A stretch of 64,000 nt of DNA from an uncultured archaeon (GTDB taxonomy: Archaea; Thermoproteota; Nitrososphaeria_A; Caldarchaeales; Wolframiiraptoraceae). The notes under the pieces were generated by a model, which did no database searches, was not told the origin of the DNA, and saw only the letters and a program-made list of their open reading frames with translations. Location of the stretch: positions 128,001-192,000 of the forward strand of contig CALKCF010000002.1 in assembly GCA_938083505.1 (NCBI GenBank). The letters are read 5' to 3'. Positions 62,008 through 64,000 of this stretch are shown here, one piece after another; position 1 is the stretch's first letter, and each line of letters begins with the position of its first letter. A program made the position numbers and the translations under genes.

Positions 62008-63225
62008 TTGTCGGACGAGAAGCAGAAGGTTTTCGAGTTCAAGGTTCCGTTCATAATCGTTAGATCTAGGAGGGTTACCGAGCTATTTGCTTGGGCAGCA
62101 AGGGGAAAATTCCTCGGTCCGTTGGGCTGGCTCATGGTAGCGCTCCTTCCAATATCCTCAGCCGTTGGACTATTCTTGATAGTAAATTCTGTCTCCTCCA
62201 TCCTGATCTCGCCGGAGATAAGGGAATTAGGGAGGCAGATGGGCGCTCAGGCCTATCTCTTGATACCCGGTATAAACCCTTACCTACCGATAGTTTATGG
62301 CTGGATAGGAATAGTCGTGGCGATAATCATCCACGAGTTCTCGCATGGGATAATGGCAAGCCGGCTCGGCTTTAAGGTGAAGTCAAGTGGCATCCTACTG
62401 CTCATCGGCATCCCGATAGGTGCTTTTGTCGAAGTTGACGAACAACAGCTCAAGGATGCGAGCTTGAGAAAATCCGCAAGGGTTCTTGCAGCAGGCCCCG
62501 GCACAAATATATCCTTCGCCGTCGTATGCCTCGTCGCACTGCTCGTACTGGTTTCCGGCCTATCGCCTTCTTTAGATGGCCTCTACGTTTTAAGGGCCGA
62601 GGAAGGGATGCCGGCCCGACTGGCAGGAATATCTGAAGGCGATGTCATAGTATCCGTGAACGGTAAGCAGGCGTTTACTGTGGACGTCTTGAAGCAGGCC
62701 TTGGAGAACCCACCTCCTGATGGCACGCTATTATTGGAAATCAGAAAGGGAGAAGGCTGGAAGGAAAGCATAACGCTCAAGTTGGTACCGGTTGAGACGT
62801 CAGAAGGTTTGAAAATAGGTGTGCACATCGTGGAGCTCAGGACAACGTCCATCCTTGAGAATTACAAGAGGCTGGCCTACTCTTCGCCGCTCCTATATTT
62901 TATCCCTCCGACCATGGGCGGCGCTCAAGGTTTTGTTCCTTTCTCTGACACGCTACATATCTTCTACCAGCACCCCATCGGGCCGAGCTATTACTATGTG
63001 GCCAACCTACTTTTCTGGCTTTGGTTCATCAACGTGAACGTCGGGATCTTCAACTCACTTCCGATCTACCCACTTGACGGAGGCCAAGTATTCATGAGTA
63101 GCCTAAGGGTCTTTGCCAAAGGCAGGTTGAAGGAGTCCGTCATTAGAGGTATAACGGGAGCTATCTCAGCTGCACTTGCGATGCTTGTCGTTTCTATGGT
63201 CGTGCTACCTTTCCTGATCAGGTGA
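62008..63225 (+). CDS. Site-2 protease (M50) with PDZ domain
   Basis: HEFSH, AGPGTN, NSLPIYPLDGG, GISEGDVIVSVNG. Confidence 0.92.
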   Translation: MSDEKQKVFEFKVPFIIVRSRRVTELFAWAARGKFLGPLGWLMVALLPISSAVGLFLIVNSVSSILISPEIRELGRQMGAQAYLLIPGINPYLPIVYGWIGIVVAIIIHEFSHGIMASRLGFKVKSSGILLLIGIPIGAFVEVDEQQLKDASLRKSARVLAAGPGTNISFAVVCLVALLVLVSGLSPSLDGLYVLRAEEGMPARLAGISEGDVIVSVNGKQAFTVDVLKQALENPPPDGTLLLEIRKGEGWKESITLKLVPVETSEGLKIGVHIVELRTTSILENYKRLAYSSPLLYFIPPTMGGAQGFVPFSDTLHIFYQHPIGPSYYYVANLLFWLWFINVNVGIFNSLPIYPLDGGQVFMSSLRVFAKGRLKESVIRGITGAISAALAMLVVSMVVLPFLIR

Positions 63226-63269
63226 AGCTAAATAAATGGAGCGTACAATCCAAAATCGTTAGGGTTGAT

Positions 63270-63357
63270 GCCGGGGTAGCCTAGCTGGTAAGGCGCAGGC
63301 CTGGAGAGCCTGTGGCCCCTTCGGGCCTCGTGGGTTCGAATCCCACCCCCGGCGCCA
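63270..63357 (+). tRNA. tRNA-Ser(GGA), long variable arm, CCA encoded
   Basis: GCCGGGG...CAGGC CT GGA GA GCCTG...TTCGAAT...CCCCGGC G CCA. Confidence 0.95.
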
Positions 63358-63607
63358 ATGTTTTGGGGTCCAAAACCCTTTCTTTCTGCCTTTTAAGTCC
63401 ACACACCTTTTCTACCGAAAAGATGCAGGAATGGACGGCATATACGACTTTGACGAGGAGAATGAAGCATTATTGTTCGGATCATCGCTAGATTGAGGCG
63501 GATTGTTAAACCAACAAATATAAGTAAATTAGAGAAAGTAGCGTTTGAAGTAACTTTTAAGCAATACATTTATATAACACTGTTATACAATTATATTTGG
63601 TGATGTA

Positions 63608-64000
63608 ATGCCAAAAATATCCATAATAGTGTCCTCAGAAAAACTGGATAAGCTATTTCCGGCGGTGACGCTGGCTACAACAGCGGCAGTTATGGGCTGG
63701 GAATCAGAGATTTTCTTTACATTCTGGGGACTATTAGCTCTAAAAAAGGATTATGAAGCGAAGGATGTTAGTTCGGATTATAAAGTTTATGAAGACGGTC
63801 TAAGAAGGGCTGTTAACTCAGGAGCCATGCCAAGCTGGTTAGAAATATTAGAACAGGGGAAGAAGACTGGAAGGTTGAAGGTTTACGCTTGCTCCACAAC
63901 AATGAGTTTTCTCGGTGTGAAGGCTGAAGACTTATTAGAATATGTTGATGAAATTGTTGGCGCCGCATCCTTTTTAGGTAAAGCGAAAGATTCAGATATT
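63608..64000 (+). CDS. DsrE/DsrF-like (DsrE2) sulfur-relay protein, 3'-truncated by window edge
   Basis: FFTFWGL, KVYACSTTM, IVGAASFL. Confidence 0.85.
   Translation, partial: MPKISIIVSSEKLDKLFPAVTLATTAAVMGWESEIFFTFWGLLALKKDYEAKDVSSDYKVYEDGLRRAVNSGAMPSWLEILEQGKKTGRLKVYACSTTMSFLGVKAEDLLEYVDEIVGAASFLGKAKDSDI

Noticed and set aside
63358-63560. Possible insertion remnant after tRNA-Ser
   Set aside because: No duplicated tRNA end or recognisable coding remnant

Overview
64-kb window of a thermophilic TACK archaeon. Ribosomal protein S25e, the 16S sequence and frequent TTG starts are most consistent with Caldarchaeales/'Aigarchaeota', but that placement is inference. Most of the window is housekeeping: dnaG, pelota, hisS, r-proteins, aIF5A/aIF5B, cdc6, RFC, radA, KEOPS, RqcH, trxB and archease. 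It also carries peptide/2-oxoacid fermentation genes (IOR, KOR, POR, a FOR-like tungsten aldehyde oxidoreductase), an unlinked 16S rRNA gene with a 33-nt BHB intron, and five tRNAs. Several accessory loci are decaying: the whole archaellum cluster, a PadR-ABC exporter operon broken by inversion, a restriction-like nuclease and a radical SAM gene. Most striking: tRNA-Asp and tRNA-His carry BHB introns in or next to the acceptor stem (68/69 and 9/10), where the splice motif is incompatible with the cloverleaf. Each gene is flanked by a built-in complementary 'helper' strand (3' trailer or 5' leader) that could sequester the displaced tRNA strand and force the splice-competent fold. Second highlight: an FrhB-family Fe-S/FAD protein fused to a C-terminal TrmB-like winged HTH.
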